This document shows positions 37,033 through 50,648 of a stretch of 64,000 nucleotides of DNA, piece by piece. The notes under the pieces are model-generated. The model did not search any database. It had not been told where the DNA came from and was given only the letters and a program-made list of their open reading frames with translations. Source of the stretch: Mytilus californianus (taxonomy: Eukaryota); assembly GCF_021869535.1 (NCBI RefSeq), contig NW_026262581.1, positions 92,504,001-92,568,000 on the forward strand, in the 5' to 3' direction. How positions within the stretch are numbered: position 1 is the stretch's first letter; every line of letters starts with the position of its first letter. The translations under genes and the position numbers were made by a program.

Positions 37033-38058
37033 TAACAAATGATCGCTTTAAAAAGTCTATCGTTTCTTTTGTCATGTAGTTCAGTTTTAAAAAAAATAAT
37101 AAAAGAATTATAATACCAAAATCTCAATCAAATCTTCATACTGACAATGAGAGTTTTTGTTTCTCCATTCAAAAAATGGATTAGAAATATTGTGAAATAT
37201 CAGCTAGCTTGGATTCCCATTTGGATATAATCAAGGAGGATATAACCTCCTTGATAGGAATTTTATTAGTCAAATTAATAGTCTAGACTGTAAAGACTCG
37301 AAGTCCTTTTGGAAATCAATAAACAGTCTTACAAATAACAATCCATAGGCATCCAGCCCCATATCAAAGTAGGAATGGATTGAACATTACAAATCTTTGT
37401 TAAACTCAGATTTAGAACTTAAATTTTCTAGTGAATTTGAAAACACAAAAACACCCATTGTTTTCTGGATTACCCATTTACTTGTAATGAAGTTAAAAAA
37501 GGTATCAATAAACTGAAAAAAAGTCTGGTGATCCTGACTTGATACTGAATGAGTTTATTAAATATATTGCCTCTTCTATGGTTCTTGTTATTGTAAAACT
37601 ATTTAATAAAATATTAAAAATTGGGAAATTTCCAAAAATATGGAATCTTTCGTATAGTTCTTCAATTTTTAAAAATCAGGTAATCTTAACTATTGTAATA
37701 ACTATAGAGGTATATGTGTTTCAAGTTGCAAAGGTGAAGTATTTACCCTTCTGCTGCAAAAGAGATTGACCATATTCATAGAGTCAAAAGATTTACTCAG
37801 TGTCAATCAGTGTTGTTTTAGAGAAGGATATAGAACAAGTGACCTCATATTCATTCTTAAAACTTTAATAAATAAATATTTGAATAAATGTAAGACAAAT
37901 CTTTACAATGTAAAGTTTACATCTGCTTTGTGGACTTCAAAAAGGCATTCGATATTGCTGTAAGGAAGGCATTACTGCATAAATTGCTCAAAAAGGGAAT
38001 AGGAAGCAAATTTTATGACTTTTAAAATAAAACATATGTATAGTAATACATTATATTG

Positions 38059-39053
38059 CTTTATTAATTAACTACACTGTTATTGGACTTAATATGATGA
38101 AAACTGCCTATGCAATATAAAGGTGTCAACTCGGCCAATACAGAATAACTCGGCCAATATAGATTTTTTTTCTGTATTGGCCGAGTTCTGATATGGCCAA
38201 TACAGGATTTCGGAACGTCTCTAGTTTTTAGATCGAAAGTCACGATAAACACAAACTGAAAGTAAACAGTTGTTTGGAGGACGCAGTTTTCATTTACTCA
38301 CCATAAACATGCTGAAACGTTCAGTATGGCATATCTTTCAGGCTTAAGACGGTCACATTCATTTAAAAAGCATTTTGAAAGCAGACGATGGAATTATTTC
38401 AGGTTTGGGAAACGAGTAGATTATCACAAAGTTCATTTCTTGTCGACCTCTGGTACAAATCGATTTACTGTTTACTTTCGCTTCTCATGTTTTGTAAACT
38501 GTCATTTATTTTATTCCCGAACCAGGCATATGCATTCTGGAAGGGTGACCTGTAATTGTGCAAATCTTCGTTCTTTGGTCAGTTGGCTTATGGATAGTTG
38601 TATCATTTTCAACTCCTACATTATTTTTTCAGTTTGTTTCTGCATAACACATGCAATGGCCGTACCTTTCCAATTACTATTTATGTGTTGTGTCTAAATT
38701 TAAATTGTAACACTTTATAGTGACTGGAAAGGGTAGAAAAATTCATCAGATGAGAAAATGCTGAAGACACCTAGAAACGACACCAGATCATTAGATAGAG
38801 CATCTTATAAAAAGAAACTGAGATTTGGATAGTTCCACTTCAAGGTAAAAATGTTTATCTCTTGTGAAATGAAATAAAAAAAATATTGTAACACTGTAGT
38901 TAATTAATAAAGATACTATTACGTGAGTATTTCTGTATTGGCCTTGTTATTGGTCCTCGGCCAGCTGTATTGGCCTTCGGCTTCGCCTCAGGCCAATACA
39001 GCAAGCCTCGGACCAATAACAAGGCCAATACAGAAATACTCACGTAATAATAT
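38059..39053. mobile_element. Composite element: TIR-bounded segment plus a terminal 141-bp palindrome
   Basis: Inverted CTTTATTAATTAACTACA(C/G)TGT at 38059-38080 and 38891-38912. Palindrome at 38913-39053 centred on GGCTTCGCC. CTCGGCCAATACAG motifs occur in both parts. It splits the LINE RT with no obvious TSD. Confidence 0.7.
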
Positions 39054-39674
39054 CATAGTAAAACAGATGATTTCATAAGTGAATCGTTCCAGGCTGATTT
39101 AGGGGTCAAACAGGGGGGTAGCCTTAGCCCTACCCTATTCAATATGTTTGTTGATGACATAGGTTTCCTATTTTAACCCCATTTTAACTGATCCATTTAA
39201 TCTGAATCAAATAAATCTTAATCATCTTCTTTAAGCAGATGATTTGGTATTAATTTCAGAGACATTAACTGCCTTGCAGGATTGTGTGGATGCCTTACAG
39301 TCCTTCTGTGTTGATTGGGGTCTTAGCGTGAACACCAAAAAAACTAAGATTATGATTTTATCTAAAAGCAAAAATAGATCTCTAATAGACAGAAATTGTT
39401 TGTTTTTTTTTGGTCCACAACCATTAGAATCAGCTACAAAATACAAGTACATAGGTATTGTCTTCAACAATATTAAAGGATAAACTAAATATAGCAGCTG
39501 AAAATCTTGCTGATAAAGCACGCAAGGCATATTTTGCCTTACAATCAAAATTATCATATTCTGATTGTTTTGCAGTGAAAAATGGATGAGACTTTTCAAC
39601 TCGTTAATTTCACCTATAATGACTTGTGGATCTGAAATTTGGATCTCAGATTTTAATATAAACCTAGGCACTGC

Positions 39675-41001
39675 TAAGGGAAGCCGTTTTACTATTTATT
39701 CTAACTTCAAGATATCTCATATAATATATAAGATATCTCAGATATCTTATATATTATATGAGATATCTTATATAATTTATAAATATATTTATGTACGGCA
39801 GGCGTATGAATTTTCGAGTATAGGAAGCGGGCTAATTGTAATAACAATAGAGTAAGAAGTTCCGTTAGTATTTAAAGTCGTGCGTGCACGAGAAAAGTTA
39901 TCGACAAGGGCGGAGACCATCTAACCAGTAATACGTAATTGTGTATAGTAAGATTAATCTTCAGTATAACAGTTCGTGCATTATATATGTAGTGTTCATA
40001 TTTTAATAATGCGCTTCTCTTTTGTAGATTGTATGTTATTTGAAATAACTGATGTCATTTGTGGTGAATACTAATGAGGACATTTGTCTTGTTGTGTTTT
40101 ATGTGTATAATAAATTTCGAAGATGGTCACCGCACATGACAGTCTCTATAATGTTTGATACAGAAATAATTTCATTGCAAATATTTGAGACATACGTTTT
40201 ATTTTTTCGTGGTTGGTATTAGGGTGTCATCAGAAAATTAGAAGCCAAGTGTACATAAATGATTTATTTTCGATTGAACAGAGTGAATTAAGAAAATAAG
40301 ATATCTTATATAATTTATAAGATATCTCATATAATTTTTTTTATAAGATATCACATATAATTTTTTTTATTAGATATCTTTTAAACTTTATAAGATAAAT
40401 CATATACTTTATAAGATAAATTATATTCTTTATAAGATATCTTATATACTTTAAAAGATATCTTATATACTTTAGAAGATATCTTATAAACTTACGAAGA
40501 TATCTAATAAAGTATATAAGATAATTCATATAACTTATACGATATGTTATAAAAATTAGATTATATATAAGATATCTTATATATTATATAAGATATCTCA
40601 TATAATATATATGATATCTCATAAAGTAAATAAGATATCTTATAAAGTTTATAAGATATCTTATAAATATTTTTTTATATAAGCTATCTTATATACTTTA
40701 TAAGATATCTCATATATTTTATAAGATATATTATATAGTTTAGAAGATATCTCATATAGTTTATAAGATATCTCATATAATTTATAAGATATCTTATAAA
40801 GAAAAGTATATGAGGTATCTTATGAATTATATTAGTATCTTATAAACTATATAAGATATCTTAAAAACTATATAAGATACCTTATAAAGTATATAAGATA
40901 TCTTATGAACTATTTAAGATATCTTATAAACTATATGAGATATCTTATAAAGTTTATTAGATATCTTGAAGTTAGAATAAATAGTAAAACGGCTTGCTAT
41001 T
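39675..41001. mobile_element. Foldback-like non-autonomous DNA transposon with a 6-bp TSD
   Basis: 37-bp inverted AAGCCGTTTTACTATTTATTCTAACTTCAAGATATCT, subterminal arrays of TAAGATATCTTA, and CACTGC duplicated at 39669-39674 and 41002-41007. Removal restores the LINE frame (NLGTADKLP). Confidence 0.85.
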
Positions 41002-42124
41002 CACTGCAGATAAACTTCCATTTGAAAAGGTTCAGAATATGATTATGAAAAATATTGTTGGTGTCCATGGTAAGGCTTCCAACCTAGCTTTACGTACAGA
41101 ACTGGAGCTTTATCCATTATATTCTATATCATATGAATTAATGTTTAAATATTATGTTAGGTTAACTGACATTGAAGTTGGTAACGACACAAAAATTGAT
41201 CTATTAAGATCTTCATTCATAGAAGATAAACATTTGTATTCGCAGAAGAGCTCTTGCTGGAATCATTATATAAACTAAAAAGGTTACTTAATTTGGATTC
41301 ACTTCAGGTATCATATATATAGCGTTTGATGATGCATTAAAAAACTTTTATAAATGCAAGATATTAAATCAACTTGAGCATATTAAATCTAATAACACAG
41401 GTTAACTCAGATTTTATAGTAAAATTTGCTGATTGTTCATTTATGACACAATGATTTGCTGATCATTTGACTTAAAAGCTTACCTAAGCCTCTAATACCA
41501 AAATATGAGCGATCACTTCTCACAAAAATTAGAATAAGAGCACATTCACTTGCCATTGAAACTGGGAGACACAGTAAACAAAACACTTTAGCAACGGAAA
41601 GATTCTGCAGATCCTGCGGAGATAAAGTAGAAGATGAAGTACACTTCCTTTTATATTGTCCCCTATATAAAAAAAATTTCGAGAGAAGTTTACTATTTTT
41701 CAAAATTTGATTAAAGATGATGATATCAAATCAGTAATCTATTTACTTAATCCAAATAATTTGGCTAAATCCAAAAACATATGCAATTATTTGAGACAAG
41801 CTTTTGAAGTTCACAATGACGTTTATCAGTTGGTCTACCATAAGTTATGTACTATACAAAATATAAAAGAGACTTTTAGTTATATATATATGATATATGT
41901 CATATCATTCATTGTCATTGATTTTCTCACGTTATGCATTATGCTTTATATTACGGATTACAAATGTGTCGAGTTTTGTGATTGGATAACAACACGGAGA
42001 TGTCAGTATATATTCTGGAAACTGCCGGGGTATATACGACGTTTTTATCCCTATTTAGAACCTCAAAAATGTCATCATAACACCTGTTACTATTAACGTA
42101 GTCAAAAGCTATATAAGTTTTTTT

Positions 42125-43597
42125 TTCTAGTTCCAAGGCAGGTCTTCAAAAACGACTTGATGGTTTATCCAAATTTTGTACTAAATGGTGTTTAGAGGTC
42201 AATCTATCTAAAACCAAAGTTATTATATTTAACAAACCTGGTAAACTTTTAAAAGAATATTTTTATTTCGAAAAAGATACAATAGAATGTGTTAACAATT
42301 ATAAGTATTTAGGTTTAAAATTTATATCTAGTGGACTTTTTAAGCAAGGAAAGGAAGAATTATACAAAAAATCACTAAAAGCTGTATTCAAATTGCAAAG
42401 ATCTTTATCATCTTCCAATCCAAGTATTTCTACTCTATTACATATATATGACCATACAATAAAACCCATTTTAATGTATGGCAGTGAAATTACAGGTATG
42501 TTTAAAACTAGCTCTGCAGCATGCCAGAAAGAAAGTGAATATTTATTACAGCACATTTATATGAATGATTTTTTAGATAAACCCAATTTAAGATATATGA
42601 AGTATATATTAGGTGTAAAAAAAAAGTCTTCTGACCTAGCTGTGCTAGGAGAGCTTGGTAGATTCCCTTTATATTTTTCAGTTGTATTATCAATGCTGAA
42701 ATATTGGTTTAGAATAAAAAAATATGAAAGATGGTTTACTGTATGATACCTATATGTGTAACAAAAACATTTTTAATAATAATATTGAAGGCTGGTATTC
42801 ATCCATACATTACATTTTTAAAAAGCTGAATATTCATAATTTGGAGGTAAAGCTCAACTTTTTTATCAAGTCAGTTAAGCAAAAACTTTGTAATAGTTTT
42901 GTAAAATTTTAGAACACAAAAAGAAAAGATACAAAGAGTAGTAAATTAGATACTTATTTCAAACTTAAAACTTGTTTTTCGAAAGAAATGTATCTATCTT
43001 TAAACAATTTTCAGTTGAGAAGTGCCATATGTAAAATCAGAATCAGTGCACATGATCTCAAAATAGATAGAGACAGTTATAAAACTTTATATATAGAAAG
43101 AGACCAAAGGCTTTGTAAGAAATGTACTCTAAATCTGGTTGAAGATGAACAACATTTTATTACTAGTTGTCCAGCATACAATAATGATAGGGAGATATTT
43201 TTCAAGGAAATAAACTGTATCTGTCCCAATTTTATATATCTTTCAAATGAGGCAAAATTTGTTTGGTTATTTACCACTGAAAATTTATCTATATTTAAAT
43301 ATTTAGGGAGCTATATTATTACATGTCTAGATGTTAGACGAAATGTTAATTAATGTATGCAATAACAATGATAATTGTAATGATTTTATAGTTCTGATCC
43401 TGCCTGGAATTAAATGTATGTGATTTTTATAGAATGAAGATAATAACATCTGTCTGAACTTTTTAATGTTTCATTTTAATATATAAAAATGTTTTTCTGT
43501 TACAAATCATGATGTATTGTTTTATGTGTACATGTTATGCTGCCCATCAAGGGCCCTTGATTGGAATAATAAATATTCTTATTCTTATTCTTATTAT
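42125..43597 (+). mobile_element. 5'-truncated LINE (RTE-X-like), second family, with intact 3' end
   Basis: KWCLEVNLSKTKV, YKYLG, KPILMYGSEI, LGELGRFPL, KIRISAHDL..CKKC...EDEQHFITSC. 3' AATAAA plus (ATTCTT)n tail at 43569-43595. Confidence 0.85.
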
Positions 43598-44055
43598 ACA
43601 CTAAGGAATGTCAGAGGCTCACAGAGGGAAAACAATGACGTGCATCCGTCAATAATACATTTTTAATACAAAATCACGCAATTTACACTTCAAATACTTA
43701 AATCTAATGTTTTAAAGTGTTATTATAAATTATTACATAAAATTATTTCTACAGCAAATTACAAAATCCTTCACGTATGCGGAACAAATCAGGTTGGGTT
43801 TTTCAATATATGTGTTGTAAATAACAAAGCCACACACACACATACAAACACAAAACATGAAATCTAAAAACTTTACTGAAAACATTTTCTTAACGGAAAA
43901 AAAAATTGTCAAGATAAAAAAGGTGCATTTAAATGGCTTACTCAAAATATTAAGAAAAAATAAACATGTAATGAATATACATGCTGCATTGTGAATGTTT
44001 AACAAATACCTGCACTGGAAAAAAAAACATTAAGACAGGGGTAATCCGTAATATA

Positions 44056-44220
44056 CAGAGGCGAATTTAGGGGGGGCAGGGGGCCCGCCCCCCCCCCCCC
44101 CCCATTTTGTGGGAAAAATTTGGTTGATTATATAGGGAATCACTGAAGCATGACTGGAGTGGGCCCCCTCTTAGGCAGTCAGTGGGCCCCCACTTGTGAA
44201 AATTTCTGGATCCGCCACTG
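44056..44220. mobile_element. Short MITE with CAGTGGCGGATCCAG-type TIR
   Basis: Left CAGAGGCGAATTTAG, right CTGGATCCGCCACTG, in a TA/AT context. A related right end lies at 63770-63884. Confidence 0.7.
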
Positions 44221-44221
44221 A

Positions 44222-44370
44222 TATATGTGTAATTCAAGTCTCAGACAGGGTATATACTGTGACATTCCCGTCTTAAGCCTTATATCCCCTTCGCCTTCGG
44301 CTCATGGGATATAAACTCTAAGTCGGGAATGTCACAGTAAATACCCTGTCTGAGACCTGAATAACATATA
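44222..44370. repeat. Long palindrome centred on GCCTTCGGC
   Basis: Arms GTCTCAGACAGGGTAT.TACTGTGACATTCCCG and CGGGAATGTCACAGTA.ATACCCTGTCTGAGAC. Confidence 0.85.
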
Positions 44371-45896
44371 ATATCTTATTTACATTATTTCTCATGTTAT
44401 ATATCATGTGTTGTACACTTGGATTACGCAATATTCAATCTTTCATATGTGCTTTATCCAATAAAGTATTTGAATATTTTAATTTGAAATTGAATTTGAT
44501 AAAAGACTGAGTCAATGGATCAAAGGAACGATATAAGGACATAACCAAAATATGTAAACGAATATTCAACAGAACCTAGCAACTTATGATTACATAAGGG
44601 AAAGAAATTTTTTTAATTTTCCAGTGTTAATTTTTTGTTGTTGTTCTCCATGTGATTTAATTTTAATAGAACTAAAAAAAATAACGAATAAACGGGGTAA
44701 ATTACAGATCAACGCCCCAAATCTCGAAGTGCGCAACTGTTAAAAGATAATTCATTATTTATTTAACATTTAGAAAATAGGAAATAAATTAGAGGTTCGA
44801 GAAGGTTAAAATATCACCCGGATGTATATAAAGACTTGCTCTTCAAACTTGCGCAATACTGAAGTGCGATAATACCTCTCATTAAGTGAAGTAAGTATTT
44901 ACTGTATATTTTGTAATTGATATGATATATAATCTATTAATTTGTACACAGTGTATATTTTTTAAACAAGAAATGCCATTTGATATGTTTTTATAGTTTA
45001 GTCCATTTAAACCAAGGCATATACACACCTTATAAAATATTTTTCATAAGGGAGAGAAAACAATGAGAATTTTAAATATCCTACTATATGATTGTGTTTT
45101 GATGTGTGTATTCATTCGATGGTGTCTATTGTGCTATAGTTTTGTAGCAGAACAATGTCGGTTATTAATTTGCCACTGGACGTTGAGCAAACAACGATTA
45201 ATCAATTAATCGGTTATCGTATTGATCACTAGAAATGGGAATCGACTATTCTATAGACATGTTATTGAAATTGTATCTACACAGAAACTTCTGAATAATA
45301 TATTAGACAAATATTCACAGTTCTATTTGGGTATATATAGAAATTGATTTTACAAACATGTTAAGGGTCGGCTGGAAGTATTTTTTATATCTTTCCTGTT
45401 TTTTCCCCCGACGTATTTTTAGATTTTTATTTAATTTATCAGAAATTGAAAAAGTTTTATGATTGTTAACAGGGACAGTCTATACTAATATAGACTGTCC
45501 CTGTTGTTAAACGACACTTTGGAAAACTTCTAGCAATCGATAGTAATCATATTTCGGCGTACATTTACAAAAATCTGTGGGATATATTACTAACCAGACG
45601 GAAATGTACTAAAGTTACGGAAATTGTGAACAATTTTAGTTCCTTGAAAACAATGTGTATGTTCATAACTGATAACACATTGATTTATTGAGGCATATTG
45701 TTGGTTTACACTGAAACGCACATATTGATTGATAATCAACTTCTGAAGATTATTGAATCACTTACACTGTTCTACTGCAGTAATAGTCCATTAGTAAGAA
45801 TAATTTAAAATGTGGAAATTGTGATATACACCTCATGAAAGTCTACAAATGAGTATTTTTGTCAACCAGTTGCATAATGAGTGTAGATGTTAGAAG

Positions 45897-46003
45897 AGAA
45901 CCGAAAGATACCAAAGGGACATTCAAACTCACAAGTCGAAAATAAACTGGCAACGCCATGGCTAAAAAAGAAACAGACCAACAGACAAACAACAGCACAC
46001 AAA
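45897..46003 (-). mobile_element. Short retroelement-end fragment; homologous copies near 4060-4152 and 18850-18915
   Basis: GAAAGATACCAAAGGGACATTCAAACTC..AAGTCGAAAATAAACTG.CAACGCCATGGC is the reverse complement of 4112-4150. Confidence 0.6.
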
Positions 46004-46918
46004 AGTAATATGATTAATAATTACCATTTACTTCCTTACTTCGGAAGATAATTTGTATGCATTTTACAATAGATTACAATAGAGATGTGTCTCCCTTATC
46101 GTGTTATAGTGCGCTCTATAGAATTTATATCTCACTCGGTAAGGGTCTGTATGAAAAAAATCATTTATGAATTTCAAAATACTTTCATATTCTATATATG
46201 AAGGATATAAAAGAAATCATATATATATGCTTTTGACCATAGAATCAAATGTTGCGGCATTCTTAAATGGTTCAGTACTTAACTTATAATAACTTCCGTT
46301 TCTCATTTAATGATTGGCCTTTTTATATTAGTGTAATAAACAGAAGTATTATATTTTTACGGTGAAATTTACAGAACTTATTATCTAATCTAAGTCATTG
46401 ACAATCTTCAAATTAAGCATATTCTCATATTCCCCCCTCCCCGGGCCTCACTATTTTCAATATTTTTTTTTATCCAGGTGGTTCTTTAACTTCAACTACC
46501 AACAAAGCAAACTGTTTTGTGGTTTTATCCTTGCCAAGTCGACATACATGTGATGTATATTTAATTTCTTTTAGGTATGAAAATTTCTATTTAATAAATG
46601 TTTGCACTTAGCTCTTACAGTTCACTTGCATATTACGACTGTTGACATTTTGGAAGCAAAAACGAAAGTAGAATTATTATATTCTCTGTTTAAACTGCTT
46701 ATCTATCTTAGACACAATGAATGTCTGACTCTCAGAAATACTGGTTTCAACAGCAGTCACAGTTATTCACCTTCTTCCTTTTTCACACAATTTAATGTAC
46801 TATAAGCTTATCGATTGTTATTTTACATATAATACAGTATTATATGGTTCTGTTATTATCCTGAAAATGTGTTAAATATTCGCAAATTACGTAAATCAAA
46901 AGATATCTTGAGGGCAAC

Positions 46919-47725
46919 ATATAGTTCAACAATAGGCTGATGTCTATATAGTTCAACAATAGGCTGATGTCTATATAGTTCAACAATAGGCTGATGTCTA
47001 TATAGTTCAACAGTAGCTATATAGGCTGATTTCTGTATAGTTCAACAATAGGCTGATGTCTATATAGTTCAACAATAGGCTGATGTCTATATAGTTCAAC
47101 AATAGGCTGATGTCTATATAGTTCAACAATAGGCTGATGTCTATATAGTTCAACAATAGGCTGATGTCTATATAGTTCAACAATAGGCTGATGTCTATAT
47201 AGTTCAACAATAGGCTGATGTCTATATAGTTCAACAATAGGCTGATGTCTATATAGTTCAACAATAGGCTGATGTCTATATAGTTCAACAGTAGCTATAT
47301 AGGCTGATTTCTGTATAGTTCAACAATAGGCTGATGTCTATATAGTTCAACAATAGGCTGATGTCTATATAGTTCAACAATAGGCTGATGTCTATATAGT
47401 TCAACAATAGGCTGATGTCTATATAGTTCAACAATAGGCTGATGTCTATATAGTTCAACAATAGGCTGATGTCTATATAGTTCAACAATAGGCTGATGTC
47501 TATATAGTTCAACAATAGGCTGATGTCTATATAGTTCAACAATAGGCTGATGTCTATATAGTTCAACAGTAGCTATATAGGCTGATTTCTGTATAGTTCA
47601 ACAATAGGCTGATGTCTATATAGTTCAACAATAGGCTGATGTCTATATAGTTCAACAATAGGCTGATGTCTATATAGTTCAACAATAGGCTGATGTCTAT
47701 ATAGTTCAACAATAGGCTGATGTCT
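46919..47725. repeat. Minisatellite, 27-bp unit, with a 278-bp higher-order repeat
   Basis: Unit ATATAGTTCAACAATAGGCTGATGTCT. A 35-bp variant (…CAACAGTAGCTATATAGGCTGATTTCTG) recurs every 278 bp (9x27+35). Confidence 0.95.
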
Positions 47726-49292
47726 AACCAATATGTCAAGCTCTAAATCGTCCCGAGTCTATACATTTGTTAATGATTAAAACAGAAACTACCAAAGATC
47801 TGCCATCAACACCCAATTCTCCAAATAACAAAAATAAAACAACAAAATAAGGACACGGCATTAAACAACCACTGATGCATGAGGTTCCTGAATTGAGACA
47901 GACACATGAATATGCGGGATTCCAGTATTTTCAGTTGTTTTAGGTATTAACCGTCTCACTTTTGATTTCGATCAGCGAAGTAGCAAAAGGTACACATATG
48001 AATGTAAAAGCCGGGTTCTTCAGGCTTTTATTAATAAATAACTGCAACAGTGTGATACCGTTTCAAAAAATTGCTCCAGGTAAAAAGAAGAAACTAAAAC
48101 AATTGAAATCGCTGTCCTACACTTGGTTTTGTGTATGTTATTATGACAACATATTTTGTTAAAATAATAGCATTCAAAGAAGATTCGCTACTCATTCGTT
48201 GATTTCAGTAGAACAAAAAGTAAACGAAAGCATCTTACGATTTGTTATACTGGAAACTACTCGATTGGTAGTAAAATTGTTATTAAAAAAAGTAAGTTAA
48301 TATTCCACTATAATTGTTGGAATTTTATTTTGTGCCATTTTCAATAATTTATGATATCAACGAAAAATTGCCCATTTATGACTAACCTTCGTAAAATTTG
48401 GTTTGTTGATTAGTCTGTTGCGAGTAACACTGACGGAATTTGTTTTCTTGGATATGCATCGGATATTAAGAGGTTTTGTCAAGTACGTGTTAGGCTCCTG
48501 TGAAATTTCAGGTATAAGCCTTTGCATTCTTAGAGCTCTCACAACACCGAAGCAAAATTTGAACCAAATTCAAGAAACCAGCTTAGTTAACTGTAAAGGT
48601 GATCCGAAAAAGTTTCACATTGTATTGTCAATTCTATAATTTAGAAATTTCTTGTAGGTCTGGGCGAGTTGTTAAAATATCACTTACTAAAACATTGGTT
48701 ACCGTGCTAGTTTTCGAGAAAATTGAGGCTGAACATGTCGGACTTTAGCATTTTTGTAAAAAGTAGTTAAGCAAAGTTATAAAATTTTTACAGTAGATAT
48801 TCTTCTCATAAATTAATAAGATTGGACTAATTTTGAAGCTGTTGTAAGTGGAAATAAGGGTAAGCATAAATCTGTATAAGAATGATTGGTTTATAATTTA
48901 AGCTATGCATAGTAGCATATGTAGAATTATAGGGACAGTTGACACCCTAAGCCTTGTTAAATTCCATTCCCGATCAGGATTCAAAATAAAACCAAAAACT
49001 ACTGTTTACTTTTCAATTTACTATGTATTCTACTGTAAATACCAGTTCAGAAGTACTGGCTACTTAGCGGGTGGTGTCTTCGGAAACTGTGTCAACCAGC
49101 AACGGCATATTCATGTTGTCTTTTAGTTTCATTCAGCAATAACAAAATAAAGTGTTTTAAAAAATAAAGCGTTATTCATTTTTTGAATCTGGGCCATTTT
49201 ATCGGACTTTCAATATTTTAAACATAAGAAATAAGAGAGAATCTGTAAAATGACAAAAGTCGACAAAATGGTATTTCTAGCTACTAATCAAT

Positions 49293-49374
49293 CTAATTAA
49301 AATATAGAACTCTGATTTCGTTATCTCTTATGGATTATGGAGATAATGAAATCAGAGTTCTATATTTTAATTAG
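49293..49374. repeat. Near-perfect hairpin, 35-bp stem and 12-nt loop
   Basis: CTAATTAAAATATAGAACTCTGATTTCGTTATCTC pairs with 49340-49374 with a single G-T mismatch. Confidence 0.9.
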
Positions 49375-49445
49375 AGTGAGTTACTCGTCGAACGAAGTTC
49401 TGGATAAACATGAAAACTTTCTCAAATTTTGATATATATATAGAT

Positions 49446-49686
49446 TGTTGATGTGGTTCATAAGTGTTTCTCGTTTCCCGTTTTTTATATAGATTAGACC
49501 GTTAGTTTTCCCGTTTGAATGGTTTTACACTAGTAATTTTTGGGGCCCTTTATAGCTTGCTGTTCGGTGTGAGCCAAGGCTCCGTGTTGAAGACCGTACT
49601 TTGACCTATAATGGTTTACTTTTATAAATTTTGACTTGGATGGAGGGTTGTCTCATTGACACTCATACCACATCTTCTTATATCTA
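49446..49686 (+). mobile_element. 5'-truncated copy of the PLE 3'-terminal repeat
   Basis: Near-identical to 60320-60555; follows a (TA)n tract. Confidence 0.9.
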
Positions 49687-50648
49687 TGTATGTAAATTGA
49701 GAATTGAAAACAAAATCTTAATGTGTATTCACTATGAATAATTATATGTTGAAAACATACATACAGACGAAGGAGGTACTTTAACGAACAAAATAAACGC
49801 CAATAAACATTAAATGGGAATTATTCACCATTTTCTATCTGATTTCATTTTTTATTTGTAATTAGTTTTACCGCTTACCCATTGTGGTTAGTGTTCAATT
49901 GGTTTATATTTAGGGCTCTTAGAAGATGTAGACCTTCTTTTTTCATCATATATGCAAACTTATATGTTTGGTGTAGAAGTTTTAAAGGCTACATGTAGTG
50001 ATTTATTAATGAACTCTGTAATACTAGTAGATAACATATCAGAAAATGAAGCCACCCGGAAAATATCAATTAAAATATAGAAAATGCCCTTCAAGAAAAC
50101 ATTGGGATTGTGTTCCTGAACAAGATGTATTTTGTGAAAGTTTTAATCAAACTATAAATCCTTAGTATTTAAACATGGTTATCCAAGTTAAGAGTTTGAC
50201 TCTCGCCGTTTGAAAGATATTCAATTTTCTCATTTCATGCATTTAAAATTCAGTTTTACAGTTTGACAATTAGGGTCGACCTCCTATTACAGAAATGGAA
50301 ATGTCATCAGTCTTGATTTGCCTTTTTTCGTATTGAATATTTTGATATTTGAAAAATTCGAACTATAAATAACTGCGACAGTTTTGACAGACATTTGCAT
50401 AACAACAAATACATTTTAAGAAACATATTTTTAATCACACTATATGGTTTTAAAATATACTGGCGAAATAACGCAGAAAGTCATACATCCCAAGTTGTTT
50501 GGTTTTAATCATTCACAAGACCCGTAACTTTTATTAAGAATTCGCCTTTCCTTATATACATTTTAGATCATAAAACACAAAATTTGTTTTTATAGGTGTT
50601 TTCACCAAATTTGATAAACAAAAAATCGTAATAGTCTTCAGCGTTATT

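Larger units (their letters stand above)
37150..41810 (+). mobile_element. Decayed LINE ORF2 (RT plus C-terminal CCHC; RTE-X-like, clade tentative), interrupted by two insertions
   Basis: SKSFWKSI, NNYRGI, FVDFKKAFD, GVKQGGSLSPTLFNMFVDDI, LL*ADDLVL, KYKYIG, PIMTCGSEIW, KIRIRAHSLAIETGR..CRSC...EDEVHFLLYC. Many stops and frameshifts. Insertions at 38059-39053 and 39675-41001. Confidence 0.85.

Noticed and set aside
47007-47566. Two identical 93-aa (LLNYIDISL)n ORFs
   Set aside because: Translations of the 27-bp minisatellite; the duplication reflects the 278-bp higher-order repeat.
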